A DNA stretch of 64,000 bases from Candidatus Roizmanbacteria bacterium RIFCSPHIGHO2_12_FULL_37_23 (GCA_001788095.1 MFZX01000009.1:185-64184), one strand, 5' to 3'; positions 26,885-37,497 are shown, counted from the stretch's first letter. Notes: generated by a model not told the origin, from the letters alone. Numbers and translations: made by a program.

Positions 26885-27943
26885 TCAACCTGCAAAAACC
26901 ACTCTATTCAATCTTTCTTCCTCTTTCATAAGTTTCTGAAGTCCATGTATAGTTGCATCTTCAGGGTTTGATGCTATAGTTGTAGGAATTTTGATGTCAT
27001 TTGAGATGTATCGATCAATTCCTGGAATTCTTGCAAACTCCCCTGTAAGCACAACACCACTTCTTATAAGTCCGTCAATTACCTCAGGGGGTACTGTTTC
27101 AATAAGTTCTTTCACACTATCTACAATTTGATTCATAGCAACAGCCAATGCTTCCTGCACATCTCTAGAAGTGACTCGAACTGATTTTGGAAGTCCGTTT
27201 TCGAGCGACTTTCCTCTTACTGCAAGCACGCCTTTTTGGTCTGAGAGATTAAATAATTTTACTTTTAAATGCTCCGAAGTTTGTTCTCCAATGATAAGTC
27301 CATATTTTAGATGAAGATAATTATAAATGAGTCTATCCATATGATCTCCCCCAGTTCTTAATACTTTTGAACTCACTATTCCACCCATAGTTATAATTGC
27401 AGCTTCGACTATTCCTGCTCCGAGATCAATAACGAATACGGGTTTATTGGTAAAAATATTATGCCCTGCTCCATATGCTTCTACAATGGGTTTTTCAATA
27501 AGATAAACAGTTTGAAACCCTGCTTTAATAAAGGCTTCTTGAAGTGCTTTTTGTTCCACTTCTGTTGAGGATGTTGGTACAACGGTGTAGCCCACAAGTC
27601 CACGTTTTATGAATGTCCCTTGATAGTAAGGATATACGGCTTTTTTAAGAAATTGTTCCATAAGATATACTGTTGCATCAAAATCTGAAATAATAGAATG
27701 TTCGATAGGTTTAATAACTTTAATATATCCAGGTGCTTTGCCATAAATATCTTTTGCGTCTGTTCCATAAAAGATATATTGACCTGTTTTAGTATTTTGA
27801 CCTACAAATGTAGGTTCACGAAGAACGATTCCCTTATTGTCTATGGCGATCCGAGTCATTGATGTTCCCAAATCTATCCCGATTTTTGTTTTTTGAAAAA
27901 CAAATGGGGAAAGTTTACGTATTTTTGATACAATTGAAATCAT
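26885..27943 (-). CDS. mreB: MreB/Mbl-family actin-like protein (divergent)
   Basis: IGIDLGT, EPT.V, ISDFD, GGD.MD, IGEQTSE.LK, VRGKSL..GLP. Confidence 0.9.
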   Translation of the reverse strand: MISIVSKIRKLSPFVFQKTKIGIDLGTSMTRIAIDNKGIVLREPTFVGQNTKTGQYIFYGTDAKDIYGKAPGYIKVIKPIEHSIISDFDATVYLMEQFLKKAVYPYYQGTFIKRGLVGYTVVPTSSTEVEQKALQEAFIKAGFQTVYLIEKPIVEAYGAGHNIFTNKPVFVIDLGAGIVEAAIITMGGIVSSKVLRTGGDHMDRLIYNYLHLKYGLIIGEQTSEHLKVKLFNLSDQKGVLAVRGKSLENGLPKSVRVTSRDVQEALAVAMNQIVDSVKELIETVPPEVIDGLIRSGVVLTGEFARIPGIDRYISNDIKIPTTIASNPEDATIHGLQKLMKEEERLNRVVFAG

Positions 27944-30142
27944 ATGAAAATTAATTTTACAACATTATTTTTCAATCTCTACGCACTTCTCTTCTTTGTA
28001 GCACCTCTCTTGATGTTTCATAAAACATCAGAGATTTTTGAATTTAACAAGATGCTCTTTATTTACTTTATGGCATTTATTGTGCTTTCACTATGGATTG
28101 CCAAAATGATTATATACAAAAGATTGATAATAGCAAAAAGTATTTTCACAATACCCTTGCTCATATTTTTAGGATCACAAATATTATCAACAATATTTTC
28201 TATTGATAAGTATACTTCTCTATTTGGGTATTACGGTCGATTTAACGGAGGATTATTATCACTCATTGCCTATATCATTCTTTTTTTTGCATTTATCTCA
28301 AACATAAACTATTCGGAAAAAGCATCTAAATTAATTCGAAAACTTCTTAAGATTTCAATGCTTTCATCTTTTATAGTAATTCTTTGGGGACTTCCAGGGA
28401 AATTCGGCTATGATCTGACATGTTTTGTATTTGGTGGAGGACTCAATGTAGATTGTTGGACAGATCAATTTGAGCCAACAGTGAGAATGTTTTCTACACT
28501 TGGTCAGCCTAATTGGTTAGGAGCATATCTCGCGATTCATTTTTTCATCGGACTTTTCTTTTTCTTAATAGCTAAAAAAAGAGTTAAGTTATATATCTAT
28601 AGTGGGTATTTATTCCTCGTTTTCGTAACTACATTGTTTACCAAATCTCGATCAGCAATTGGAGCAATAGGTGTTGGGCTAGTGTTATTTATGATCTATT
28701 TTTTTTATAAAAAGCGTACATCGGATTTCTTAAAAATTTCTCGTTTGAAGGTCGGAATTCTAACAGCGCTTGTGATTATAGGTTTATTAATTGGCAAAAC
28801 TGGCATTTCTCGTATAGATAAATATATTACTTTTCCAACTAAAGATTCATCAGTAAGTACAGAATCGCTGAAAAATGAAACCGAATCATTAAAACCAGTT
28901 TCAATAGATTCAAACATAACAGATTCATATAAAATTCGTCAGATCGTCTGGCAGGGAGGATATAGTTTAGGACTTCAATATCCACTGTTTGGTACAGGGG
29001 TCGAGACATTTGCATACGCATACAACTTTTCTCGTCCCATGGAGCATAACGCAACATCAGAGTGGAACTATGTATATAACAAAGCCCATAATGAATTTGT
29101 AAATTTTTTCGCGACAACAGGAACCATAGGTCTTCTAAGCTATCTTTTAGTAATAGCTATTGTTTTACTTCAGATAAAAATCGTAATTAATGACAAAAAA
29201 CTAGCAAGAGAAGACGAAATTCTTATAATCGCATTAATTATTGGATATATAACAATATCAATTACAAATTTTTTTGGGTTTTCCACAACAACAATTAACC
29301 TATTTTTCTATCTTATTCCTGCATGGATTTGGATAATACTTTATTCAAATCCATCAACAGAAAAGAGAATAAATATATTTTCTCTCGATAATAATCAAAA
29401 AGCTTATCTAATAGTTCCTACGTTACTTACAGTATGTGGAAGCATATATCTAGTGAGTTATTTTATAGCAGATATTCATTATGCTCGTGGAGAAAACCTC
29501 AGACTGATACAAGACTATGATTCGTCACAGAAAGAGTTATATAGCGCATATAATCTGCGAAAAGAGCATGTATATGCCGATAAAATTTCCGAAGTACTTG
29601 CGCAACAAACTTTTTTAAAAGCTCTTGGTTCCAATCGAACAGATTCAATAATTTGCACGGATCCAACTAACAAAGCAATAAACTGCGTAGACCTTTCTAC
29701 GAAATTCATGCAAGAAGCTCTTAGAAAATCTCCAAAGAATGTTTTTTATATTCGTACGAAAGCCCGTAATAATTTTCTTTATTACCAATCAACTTTAAAT
29801 GAAAAATATTTTGATGAAGCAATCTTAGCCCTTAGAGTAGCTCGAAACCTTGCTCCTACAGACCCGCGCTATCCATACACGCAAGCTCTCTTCCACCTTG
29901 CTCGATTCGAAAATTTATCCAGACCAACCCAAAAAGATAGAAATCTTTTAGACGTTCAAGGAATAGGGTCTGTAAACTTTGCCACTAAATTAAAACCAGA
30001 TTATCGAGAGGCATATCAGATGAAAGGCCTTATACATGCCGCACTCAATCAAAAAGAACAAGCGCGTTCAGCTTTCCAATATATACTCGATCACATCGAT
30101 CCTCAAGATCAACAAGCAAAAGATGAGTTAAAGCAACTTTAA
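27944..30142 (+). CDS. O-antigen ligase/oligosaccharyltransferase-like membrane protein with C-terminal TPR-like region
   Basis: Multi-TM; STLGQPNWLGAYL, TKSRSA, R..VW, PLFGTG.ETF, KAHNE (Wzy_C). Confidence 0.88.
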   Translation: MKINFTTLFFNLYALLFFVAPLLMFHKTSEIFEFNKMLFIYFMAFIVLSLWIAKMIIYKRLIIAKSIFTIPLLIFLGSQILSTIFSIDKYTSLFGYYGRFNGGLLSLIAYIILFFAFISNINYSEKASKLIRKLLKISMLSSFIVILWGLPGKFGYDLTCFVFGGGLNVDCWTDQFEPTVRMFSTLGQPNWLGAYLAIHFFIGLFFFLIAKKRVKLYIYSGYLFLVFVTTLFTKSRSAIGAIGVGLVLFMIYFFYKKRTSDFLKISRLKVGILTALVIIGLLIGKTGISRIDKYITFPTKDSSVSTESLKNETESLKPVSIDSNITDSYKIRQIVWQGGYSLGLQYPLFGTGVETFAYAYNFSRPMEHNATSEWNYVYNKAHNEFVNFFATTGTIGLLSYLLVIAIVLLQIKIVINDKKLAREDEILIIALIIGYITISITNFFGFSTTTINLFFYLIPAWIWIILYSNPSTEKRINIFSLDNNQKAYLIVPTLLTVCGSIYLVSYFIADIHYARGENLRLIQDYDSSQKELYSAYNLRKEHVYADKISEVLAQQTFLKALGSNRTDSIICTDPTNKAINCVDLSTKFMQEALRKSPKNVFYIRTKARNNFLYYQSTLNEKYFDEAILALRVARNLAPTDPRYPYTQALFHLARFENLSRPTQKDRNLLDVQGIGSVNFATKLKPDYREAYQMKGLIHAALNQKEQARSAFQYILDHIDPQDQQAKDELKQL

Positions 30143-31440
30143 TTTTCACCGTCAATATACTTTTTACCTAGGAGTTCGTTTAATATATCTACGTAGAGAA
30201 AACCTGCTATTAAAAAGTAATGATTAAAAAAGCTATGGTGTAAAAGGAGGTGAAATGTGAAGAGCGTGAGAGTAATCTTCAGAGCTAGGCCAAGATTTTT
30301 CCTACGAATTAAAGCAAATAAAAGCAAGAGAGTTAATAAAAGCGATACCACGAGATACCCAGATGTATCAACAGAGAACCCTAGGTTTCTCAAAAAAGTA
30401 CTTATAGATAGACTCATATATATGGGTGAGGTATTTTGTGAAGCTGTGAGTGAAAAGAGAGTATCATTTAAAAAAGCTTGAGGGTTAAGCACTAAGAAGT
30501 ATAAAGGCAGCATGAATGGCGCAATAAAAAAGACAATGTTTCTAGATATAATAAGGTGTTTGATTCTTGTGTTTTCAGCGAAGAGAGGCATCAGTATGAT
30601 GAGATGTTGTTTAAATGAGAAGAACAAAGCTAATATTAGGAGCAAGAGTCTTTCTTTACGTAAAACAAATATAAAACAAAATAGGATGTACAAAGCTAAT
30701 ACTATTTGATCGAGAAACATATGTTCAAGCATATAAAAAGATCTCGGGAGAAAAAGAAAACCAGCTACGGCCAGTGCACCAATTTGACTCTTATGGCTTT
30801 TTTTGAACATACTAAAGAGAGCAAAGGCAGCGAGGAGATTAAACCCGATAATAAGATAGCGTGGATCCCCAAGTAGTAGAACAGAAGGAATAGATAAAAC
30901 AAAACTCATCGGTAGAAACGTAAAATATGTGGGGTTGACATTCTGATAGATTTTAGTAAAAGTAATGTCATAAGGATTATTACCCTGTAGTAGTTGTAAT
31001 GGAGCTTCTTTCATCTGAACGAACGCATCTATAATTGGATGAGGTGATGTAGTGATTGTTAATATACTGAGAACAAGATACATAATCAAACTAAATATGA
31101 AGATTTTATTCCCAGAACTACTATGTATATAGTAGTAATAAAAAAGAAATACTACAGTGAATACTTGAATGATTTTTCCAGCCTCGACTGCGATCATTTC
31201 CTGATATAAACCACCATAGTAGAGAGATCCGTAGGTCAAAAGAATAAATATAGTCGCGACAACCAAAGGCTCGTGCTGGATTTTTTCAAATGGTAGTTTA
31301 TTGCGAAAGCTTATATAATAAAACGTTATACTTACGAGAATAAGCAAACTTAATGAAGCAGTGTTGAAAAAACCAAGGTTTGGAGTTATTGCAAAAAAAA
31401 TAATGATAAGGCCGAGAATTTTAATAAGGAAGGACGACAT
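30139..31440 (-). CDS. Polytopic GT-C-type (GT87-like) membrane glycosyltransferase candidate
   Basis: ID...Q, G.NPY, FTFLP, GDPRY, FKQH pattern; about 11 TM segments. Confidence 0.6.
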   Translation of the reverse strand: MSSFLIKILGLIIIFFAITPNLGFFNTASLSLLILVSITFYYISFRNKLPFEKIQHEPLVVATIFILLTYGSLYYGGLYQEMIAVEAGKIIQVFTVVFLFYYYYIHSSSGNKIFIFSLIMYLVLSILTITTSPHPIIDAFVQMKEAPLQLLQGNNPYDITFTKIYQNVNPTYFTFLPMSFVLSIPSVLLLGDPRYLIIGFNLLAAFALFSMFKKSHKSQIGALAVAGFLFLPRSFYMLEHMFLDQIVLALYILFCFIFVLRKERLLLLILALFFSFKQHLIILMPLFAENTRIKHLIISRNIVFFIAPFMLPLYFLVLNPQAFLNDTLFSLTASQNTSPIYMSLSISTFLRNLGFSVDTSGYLVVSLLLTLLLLFALIRRKNLGLALKITLTLFTFHLLLHHSFFNHYFLIAGFLYVDILNELLGKKYIDGEN

Positions 31441-31478
31441 ATAACCTATTATATAATAGACAACACTAGTAACGATGT

Positions 31479-33707
31479 ATGAAGAATGAAGTTTCTTTTA
31501 AAGATATCTTTTATATAGTTATTTTATCTCTTCTTGTTCTCATTTTTTTCTCAAGACTTTTTTATCCTACGCCTTCTGTCTTTGTGACACCTGAATTTAC
31601 CAGAGGTGATATTACTCATTTTTATCTTCCAATTAAAAAGTCTTTGTCTGAGAGCCTTAGAAATGGTAACTTACCGCTCTGGGAGAAGAATATTGGTACA
31701 GGCTTTCCCCTTCTAGCCGAGAGTCAAGTAAGTCCTTTTTTTGTTCCTAATGCAATTCTTTTTCTTCTTCTACCATATTGGACGGCATTTAATGTGAGTT
31801 TCATTGTTTCATTTCTTATTGCCGCGGTTGGTATGTACTCTTATATGAGAGTTCGAAATCATAGTCGGGAAGCAGCTTTTTTGGCAAGCTTTTCTTTTTC
31901 CTTTTCCGGATTTTTCATTACGCAGTTAAGCCATTTAAACATTGTTCAAGCATCCGCATTTCTACCATGGATTATGTTGATATATGAAAAATATAGTAGA
32001 TCTAATGGAATAAGATATATATTAATTTTCTCGCTGGTTCTTTCTCAGCAGATTTTTGCTGGTCATATTCAGATAACATTCATTATTCTTGTTGGTTTAT
32101 ATTATATGGTTCTCTCCCAAAATGCGCTTTCTCTAAAACAGCGACTAAGACAAGCTAGTATCTTGGCTATTGGGATTATTCTCTCTTTGTTCCTGACATT
32201 AGTCCAAATAGTTCCAACAAAAGAACTGGTCGATTTATCAGTTCGTTCAGGCGGGCTTACGCCCAAAGGCGCAACATTTTTTTCTTTTTCCTATAGACAT
32301 CTATTAACATTTATAGACCCATTTATTTTAGGTAAAATCTCCGATGCCACCTATACTGAATATAGACTAGACCCTGGAAATCTTTTTTGGGAAAATTCTG
32401 GTTATTTTGGCCTTATTCCACTCCTTCTCGTTCTTTTGGCGATTTTATATAAGCGAAAAAGCGTTATAAAACAATCTGTTGTTGGTTGTGGAATAGCTCT
32501 TTTACTTGCGCTTGGAAAATATTCCCCAATATACTTCCTTTTTTCTATTCCTCCACTCACGTTTTTTAGAGTTCCATCACGATTTCTGCTCCTCGCCGTT
32601 TTCTTTTCTACAATTCTCGTTGGTCATGGATTCGATATTCTCACTAAAAGTCTGAAGAAGCAAACACTACGACAATTTATAATTACGTCGACACTGATTT
32701 TATCGGTTCTGCACGTCTTTGTTTTGTGGTATGATTATCATCCTACAATTTCTACCAGAACATGGATAGAGCAACCAGAGCTTGTCAAGTTTATTAAATC
32801 CAGAGAGATACAAGGACGGACATACTCGTCTTTTGTATCTAGATATTGGCGTGAACAATTCATAACACAAGGCTGGAAAAACAACGTCGATTTTTATAAT
32901 TTTGCTCGTAACGAGCTTTCTCCTAACATTAATTTAATGTGGGATATTCCGCATTTTCAATTATATGGCGGTAATGTGTGGATTCGACGATATGTAGAAT
33001 ATGACACAATACTCAGCACTGCTCTATTCGGATTAACAAGTAAAATTGAGAGTGAACATGAAACAGCACAAAAGTTACTTAACGTAAGCAGTATTCAATA
33101 TATCATTTCTGATTCAAAGAGTAATTTTTCCGAGCCTTTGCGACGTGTCAAGGTAATCACTGATGCATCAGGGCAATATTCATACAGTCTTTTTGAGAAT
33201 ACTTCAGTTCTCCCAAGAGCAAGGATGGTATACGATTTCAGAATCGCAAAAACACTCGAAGAGCTATCTGATATTTTTCTGTCGTCTGATTACAATCCTA
33301 GAGAGGAAGTGATTCTTGAGGAGAATATCGATATAAGAGAATCTGACATCCAGATCAAGCCTAGATTCAATGTTCAAACCTTAACAGATGAAAACATGAA
33401 GCTTAGACTTTCTGTGTCAACAAATCAAAATGGGATTTTAGTCCTTGCCGATTCCTACTATCCTGGATGGAAAGCATATATAGATGGGCGTAATGCAACT
33501 ATTTATCCGGCAAATTTGAATCAAAGAGCTATTCTTATTAATAAAGGAAATCATCAAGTTACATTTTCATATGAGCCATCGTGGTTAAAACCGAGCATTA
33601 TAATAAGTGTCTTAGCTCATATTATAATTCTTTCAACAATGTTTCTTCTTCTTTTATCTTCTTCTCGTACCTTTTTTTCCACTTCTCGGCCTCTTGCTCG
33701 TCTTTGA
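31479..33707 (+). CDS. YfhO-family membrane protein (GT-C)
   Basis: LPLW....GTGFPLLAE, FRVPSRF, LPRA, LVLADSYYPGWKAYIDG. Confidence 0.88.
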   Translation: MKNEVSFKDIFYIVILSLLVLIFFSRLFYPTPSVFVTPEFTRGDITHFYLPIKKSLSESLRNGNLPLWEKNIGTGFPLLAESQVSPFFVPNAILFLLLPYWTAFNVSFIVSFLIAAVGMYSYMRVRNHSREAAFLASFSFSFSGFFITQLSHLNIVQASAFLPWIMLIYEKYSRSNGIRYILIFSLVLSQQIFAGHIQITFIILVGLYYMVLSQNALSLKQRLRQASILAIGIILSLFLTLVQIVPTKELVDLSVRSGGLTPKGATFFSFSYRHLLTFIDPFILGKISDATYTEYRLDPGNLFWENSGYFGLIPLLLVLLAILYKRKSVIKQSVVGCGIALLLALGKYSPIYFLFSIPPLTFFRVPSRFLLLAVFFSTILVGHGFDILTKSLKKQTLRQFIITSTLILSVLHVFVLWYDYHPTISTRTWIEQPELVKFIKSREIQGRTYSSFVSRYWREQFITQGWKNNVDFYNFARNELSPNINLMWDIPHFQLYGGNVWIRRYVEYDTILSTALFGLTSKIESEHETAQKLLNVSSIQYIISDSKSNFSEPLRRVKVITDASGQYSYSLFENTSVLPRARMVYDFRIAKTLEELSDIFLSSDYNPREEVILEENIDIRESDIQIKPRFNVQTLTDENMKLRLSVSTNQNGILVLADSYYPGWKAYIDGRNATIYPANLNQRAILINKGNHQVTFSYEPSWLKPSIIISVLAHIIILSTMFLLLLSSSRTFFSTSRPLARL

Positions 33708-35595
33708 TACATTTATCGTATAACTTATACATATATCCGTAATATGTCGATGGATCATAACGTACAGTTTTTTTCGCTACTCTTTCTCCTTTTTCTATTT
33801 GTTTTCTTGCTTTTTCACATCGGCCGAGTTTAATATAAGAATCCGCAATCTGGAAATACGTATCCGAGTATTCAGTATCAAGACGAAGAGCTTCTTGATA
33901 GTGTCTTAGCGCATTTTCAGGATCATCTGCTCTTAAATACATGTTCCCTATACGTATTCGTCCATTACGATAAAAATCTAAAACATTAGCTAACATGAGG
34001 TTTCTATAAGAACTTAAACTCCCCTTTAAGGGATCTTGATATGTTTGCCAAACGCGCTCTGAACGTTTTAGCAGCTCGTCTTCGTCTGGTATATCTTTTT
34101 CTTTATAAAATTTATAAATCAGACCTTGCGGTATCCAATACGACTTTTCAATGTATGTAGGAAAATTATCGGTAGAATAAATAGGAACTGCACCATAATT
34201 ACGCTCTATAAAATCACTTATGACAATAGAAGGATCCGTCCTCTGTGGTGTTTTAACCTTGGGATAGTATTTCTCAATAATCTTGTTGAATTCACCATTG
34301 TAGAGTTTGATAACATGCACCGGTACTCTATCTTTATATGTATCATATGTAAAATAAACATATTGTGTATTAAATATAAGCGTGTCTGCTTGTAGAAGAA
34401 TTATTGAATTGGGTTCAGTTGTTTTCAATACATCCTCTCCTATTCGTTCAGCAGTTCGATCGAATTTTAAAATAGACAATTTTGGATAATTGATATAAAA
34501 AAGTGAAAGAGGTATAACAAAGAAGAATATAATAATAAGCTGCGCAGTTTTTAGGTATCTTTGAGCAAAATGTAATACTGAATGTATTCCATATCCAATC
34601 CAAAGAGTAATAAATATGTATGACGGAAGCAGAAAACGCTCCATGGTAGCAAGAGTGAAATCAGAAGTTATGATATATGATGCGTAAAAAAAGAATAATG
34701 GCCCTACAGAGAGGAATCCTATTAGAAAGTACCAAAAAATAGCTTTCTTATCGCGATAAAGACCAATATTACCGATAAGGCTAAGAGCCAGACCGATGTA
34801 AGTAAAATCAGTAATATAGAATTCGAGAATTATAGGAAACTGGAGGAGTCGCGATTGCAAAGTCTGGGCATAATGTATGGCTGCCTGAAATGTTCCGTAT
34901 TGAGCTCGTGTTACGAGTTGTATGAAGCCAGTTAAAGTTGTTGGGTCATTCCAAACGATATAAGGTACTGACAGTGCTGATATATAAGCCCAAATATAGG
35001 GTATAAGGCCGAGAATGAAGAAACCCATAAGACGAATCGACATGGTTTTCTGTACTGGAAGATGTTTTTTATGGTGCCATAGTAGAGAAATGATTGCTGG
35101 TGCAAGAAAAATAATGATATGATGATGAGCGAGTCCAAGTCCAAATAGTAATGCGCCAGTATATAGATACCTTACTTGATAGTTAATGCTCCAAATATAT
35201 AGCGCATACAATAAAGAAATAGATATCGCCAAGTGTAGAGCGAATACTTCGGGCACTATACTATATAACCAGAATATATATGTACAAGCTAGAATCGCTG
35301 TTGTGATAAGAGAGATACTTATAGATTTCGTTAATTTTTTAATAAAAAGGAACAAAATAGAAAGCGCTAATGCTGAAGGAATTGACGAGAGCAATCCTAT
35401 TCGCCATGCTACAGTACTTATAGGAATTTTTGATATAAGAAATCCAAGAAAAGAGTATAGAGGATAGCCTGGAGGATGAGCAATTCCACCTACAAATGCT
35501 GCTGAAACAAGATCACCCGCATCACCTCCGTATATGCTTGTACTTTGAAAATATCCGAAGAAGATTGAATAAAGGATGAAAACGAAAAAACCCAT
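33622..35595 (-). CDS. DUF2723/TMEM260-like protein O-mannosyltransferase family with TPR
   Basis: GGDAGDL...A..GGIAHPPGYPLY, EVFALH, GLGLAHH; C-terminal TPR; start set at 35595. Confidence 0.85.
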   Translation of the reverse strand: MGFFVFILYSIFFGYFQSTSIYGGDAGDLVSAAFVGGIAHPPGYPLYSFLGFLISKIPISTVAWRIGLLSSIPSALALSILFLFIKKLTKSISISLITTAILACTYIFWLYSIVPEVFALHLAISISLLYALYIWSINYQVRYLYTGALLFGLGLAHHHIIIFLAPAIISLLWHHKKHLPVQKTMSIRLMGFFILGLIPYIWAYISALSVPYIVWNDPTTLTGFIQLVTRAQYGTFQAAIHYAQTLQSRLLQFPIILEFYITDFTYIGLALSLIGNIGLYRDKKAIFWYFLIGFLSVGPLFFFYASYIITSDFTLATMERFLLPSYIFITLWIGYGIHSVLHFAQRYLKTAQLIIIFFFVIPLSLFYINYPKLSILKFDRTAERIGEDVLKTTEPNSIILLQADTLIFNTQYVYFTYDTYKDRVPVHVIKLYNGEFNKIIEKYYPKVKTPQRTDPSIVISDFIERNYGAVPIYSTDNFPTYIEKSYWIPQGLIYKFYKEKDIPDEDELLKRSERVWQTYQDPLKGSLSSYRNLMLANVLDFYRNGRIRIGNMYLRADDPENALRHYQEALRLDTEYSDTYFQIADSYIKLGRCEKARKQIEKGERVAKKTVRYDPSTYYGYMYKLYDKCIKDEQEAEKWKKRYEKKIKEEETLLKEL

Positions 35596-35608
35596 TGGAC
35601 GATTATAA

Positions 35609-35638
35609 CAAAAAACCCGCTGCAAAGCGGGTTTTTTG
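35609..35638. terminator. Intrinsic terminator after the major pilin gene (symmetric)
   Basis: CAAAAAACCCGC-TGCAAA-GCGGGTTTTTTG. Confidence 0.85.
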
Positions 35639-35661
35639 TATTTAATAGCTAAGTGACTACA

Positions 35662-36189
35662 TCAGAATCCGCATGTCGGTCCACCTGTGCTCGAGTAAAC
35701 CTCAAAGTAATTGTTTATCACACCATCTGATGTGAGCTTTCCAGCATTTGCTGAGGACTCCATTCTTGCACATACGTTGTATCTAAGATTGTTATCCATT
35801 TGAATCTGGTATCCTAAAGCTCCGGTTTGGATTGTACCATCACTTAGAGTATATTCCCCATCTCTATTTACAGGGTCAATTGATACAGTGTTGGCATATT
35901 TACATAAATCTAGCCCATGCCATCCTCCGGTACCACATTGGTTATTTCCGCCAGTACTAAAGGCGCTCATAGCTGTGAGAGAGCTTATATTATCTCCAAT
36001 GTACTGTTCTACAATACCTTGTAAGGTACCTAGTTCCTTAAGCCTTTGAGCGTCTCGTGATCTTTTTTGGGCCTCGGCTGGGTTTATGGTAATAAGCGCT
36101 ATCACAGCGAGAATTGCAATAAGCGCAACAACTATCAAAATTTCTACAAGAGTAAAACCTTTTTGAACCTTCATAAGTTTTTTCAACAT
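35662..36189 (-). CDS. Type IV pilin, probable major pilin
   Basis: KG|FTLVEILIVV class III signal, RDAQR; own promoter and terminator. Confidence 0.9.
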   Translation of the reverse strand: MLKKLMKVQKGFTLVEILIVVALIAILAVIALITINPAEAQKRSRDAQRLKELGTLQGIVEQYIGDNISSLTAMSAFSTGGNNQCGTGGWHGLDLCKYANTVSIDPVNRDGEYTLSDGTIQTGALGYQIQMDNNLRYNVCARMESSANAGKLTSDGVINNYFEVYSSTGGPTCGF

Positions 36190-36226
36190 AATGATATATT
36201 AAATATAATTTTTAACCCTTTGTATC

Positions 36227-36256
36227 ATAATAGTCTATTTTTTAAACATTTGTCAA
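36227..36256 (-). promoter_or_regulatory. Sigma70-type promoter of the pilin gene
   Basis: TTGACA-N18-TATTAT on minus strand. Confidence 0.6.
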
Positions 36257-36285
36257 GTACTATTTAACAGCAGGAATGAGTAGTT

Positions 36286-37485
36286 TTAAAACGATGAAGA
36301 AAGGCTAAATATAGGAGTAATAACGGCTATAACGACAAATCCTACACCAATTCCAAGTACAATGAGTATCGCAGGCTCTATGAGCGTTGTGAGTGCTTTA
36401 ATCGCAATTTCAGACTCACTCTCGAAGTAATTTGCTAAATGTCCTAGTGTCTCGTCAAGATGTCCCGTTTGTTCTCCAACAGAAGTCATCTGGACGAGAA
36501 TTGGAGGAAATATACCAGTTTCGTCAAGCGATCTACCTAATGTTTCTCCCTTTTCTATATTAAGACGTATATTCCTGAGTGCTTCCTGATAGATAACATT
36601 ACTTGTTGTTTCTGTAATAATATCAAGAGCTTCTAATATTGAAACACCGGCTCCTATAAGAATGGAGAGGGTACGTGTAGTATCAACAAGTGCCGAAATT
36701 TTTATAACCTTATTGATGAGTGGAACTCTTAACATGATTTGATCGATGAATTTACGTCCAATCCTTGACCGATAATAGCGAAAAAACAAGGAAATTGAAG
36801 CAAAAAAACCTATAATTACCAAAAGCCAGAATTTTTGAAAGAAATCTGAAACTGCTATGAGAAAAATAGTTGGTGGAGGAAGTTCTACATCGAAATCCTT
36901 ATATATTTCCAGTAGCTTTGGAATTACAAAAGTTATCATGATAAACATAACGACCAACATCGCAAGAATAACTACAGCAGGATAAACCATTGCGCTTTTA
37001 ATTTTGCTCCTAAATGTTCGTTGTTGTTCGAGGTTACTAGAAAGTTTATTCAATATTTCATCAAGTTTTCCTGATGCCTCACCTGCTTTTACAAGCGAAA
37101 TATAGAGATTATTGAAAAGTTGTGGATGTCTTTTAAGTGCGTTGGAAAAGCTCATACCAGCTCTTACATCATCATCGATTTCATAAATGAGCTTAGCATA
37201 TGCAGTTTTTTTCGTCTGTTTTTTTAAAATATCAAGAGAGTCAATAATCGTTAATCCAGAATTCAACATGATAGAAAGCTGACGTGTAAAATCAACGATA
37301 TCTGTAAAACTTACTTTACTAAAAATAGATCGAAAGGAATCGAAGATAGGCTTAGATTTCGAGCCGATGCTCAATATAACAACGTTACTGGATCGAAGAT
37401 ATGCTATCGCTTTTTCCTCGCTTTCAGCTTCAATTATCCCACTGACTGTTTTACCTTCTTTTATTGCCTTATATTTGTAATTCAC
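36286..37485 (-). CDS. pilC: Type IV pilus platform protein PilC/GspF
   Basis: FTRQLS.ML.SG, AGEASGKLD, AMVYP, VGEQTGHLD, LIEP. Confidence 0.95.
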   Translation of the reverse strand: MNYKYKAIKEGKTVSGIIEAESEEKAIAYLRSSNVVILSIGSKSKPIFDSFRSIFSKVSFTDIVDFTRQLSIMLNSGLTIIDSLDILKKQTKKTAYAKLIYEIDDDVRAGMSFSNALKRHPQLFNNLYISLVKAGEASGKLDEILNKLSSNLEQQRTFRSKIKSAMVYPAVVILAMLVVMFIMITFVIPKLLEIYKDFDVELPPPTIFLIAVSDFFQKFWLLVIIGFFASISLFFRYYRSRIGRKFIDQIMLRVPLINKVIKISALVDTTRTLSILIGAGVSILEALDIITETTSNVIYQEALRNIRLNIEKGETLGRSLDETGIFPPILVQMTSVGEQTGHLDETLGHLANYFESESEIAIKALTTLIEPAILIVLGIGVGFVVIAVITPIFSLSSSF

Positions 37486-37497
37486 AGATAAAAGGAA

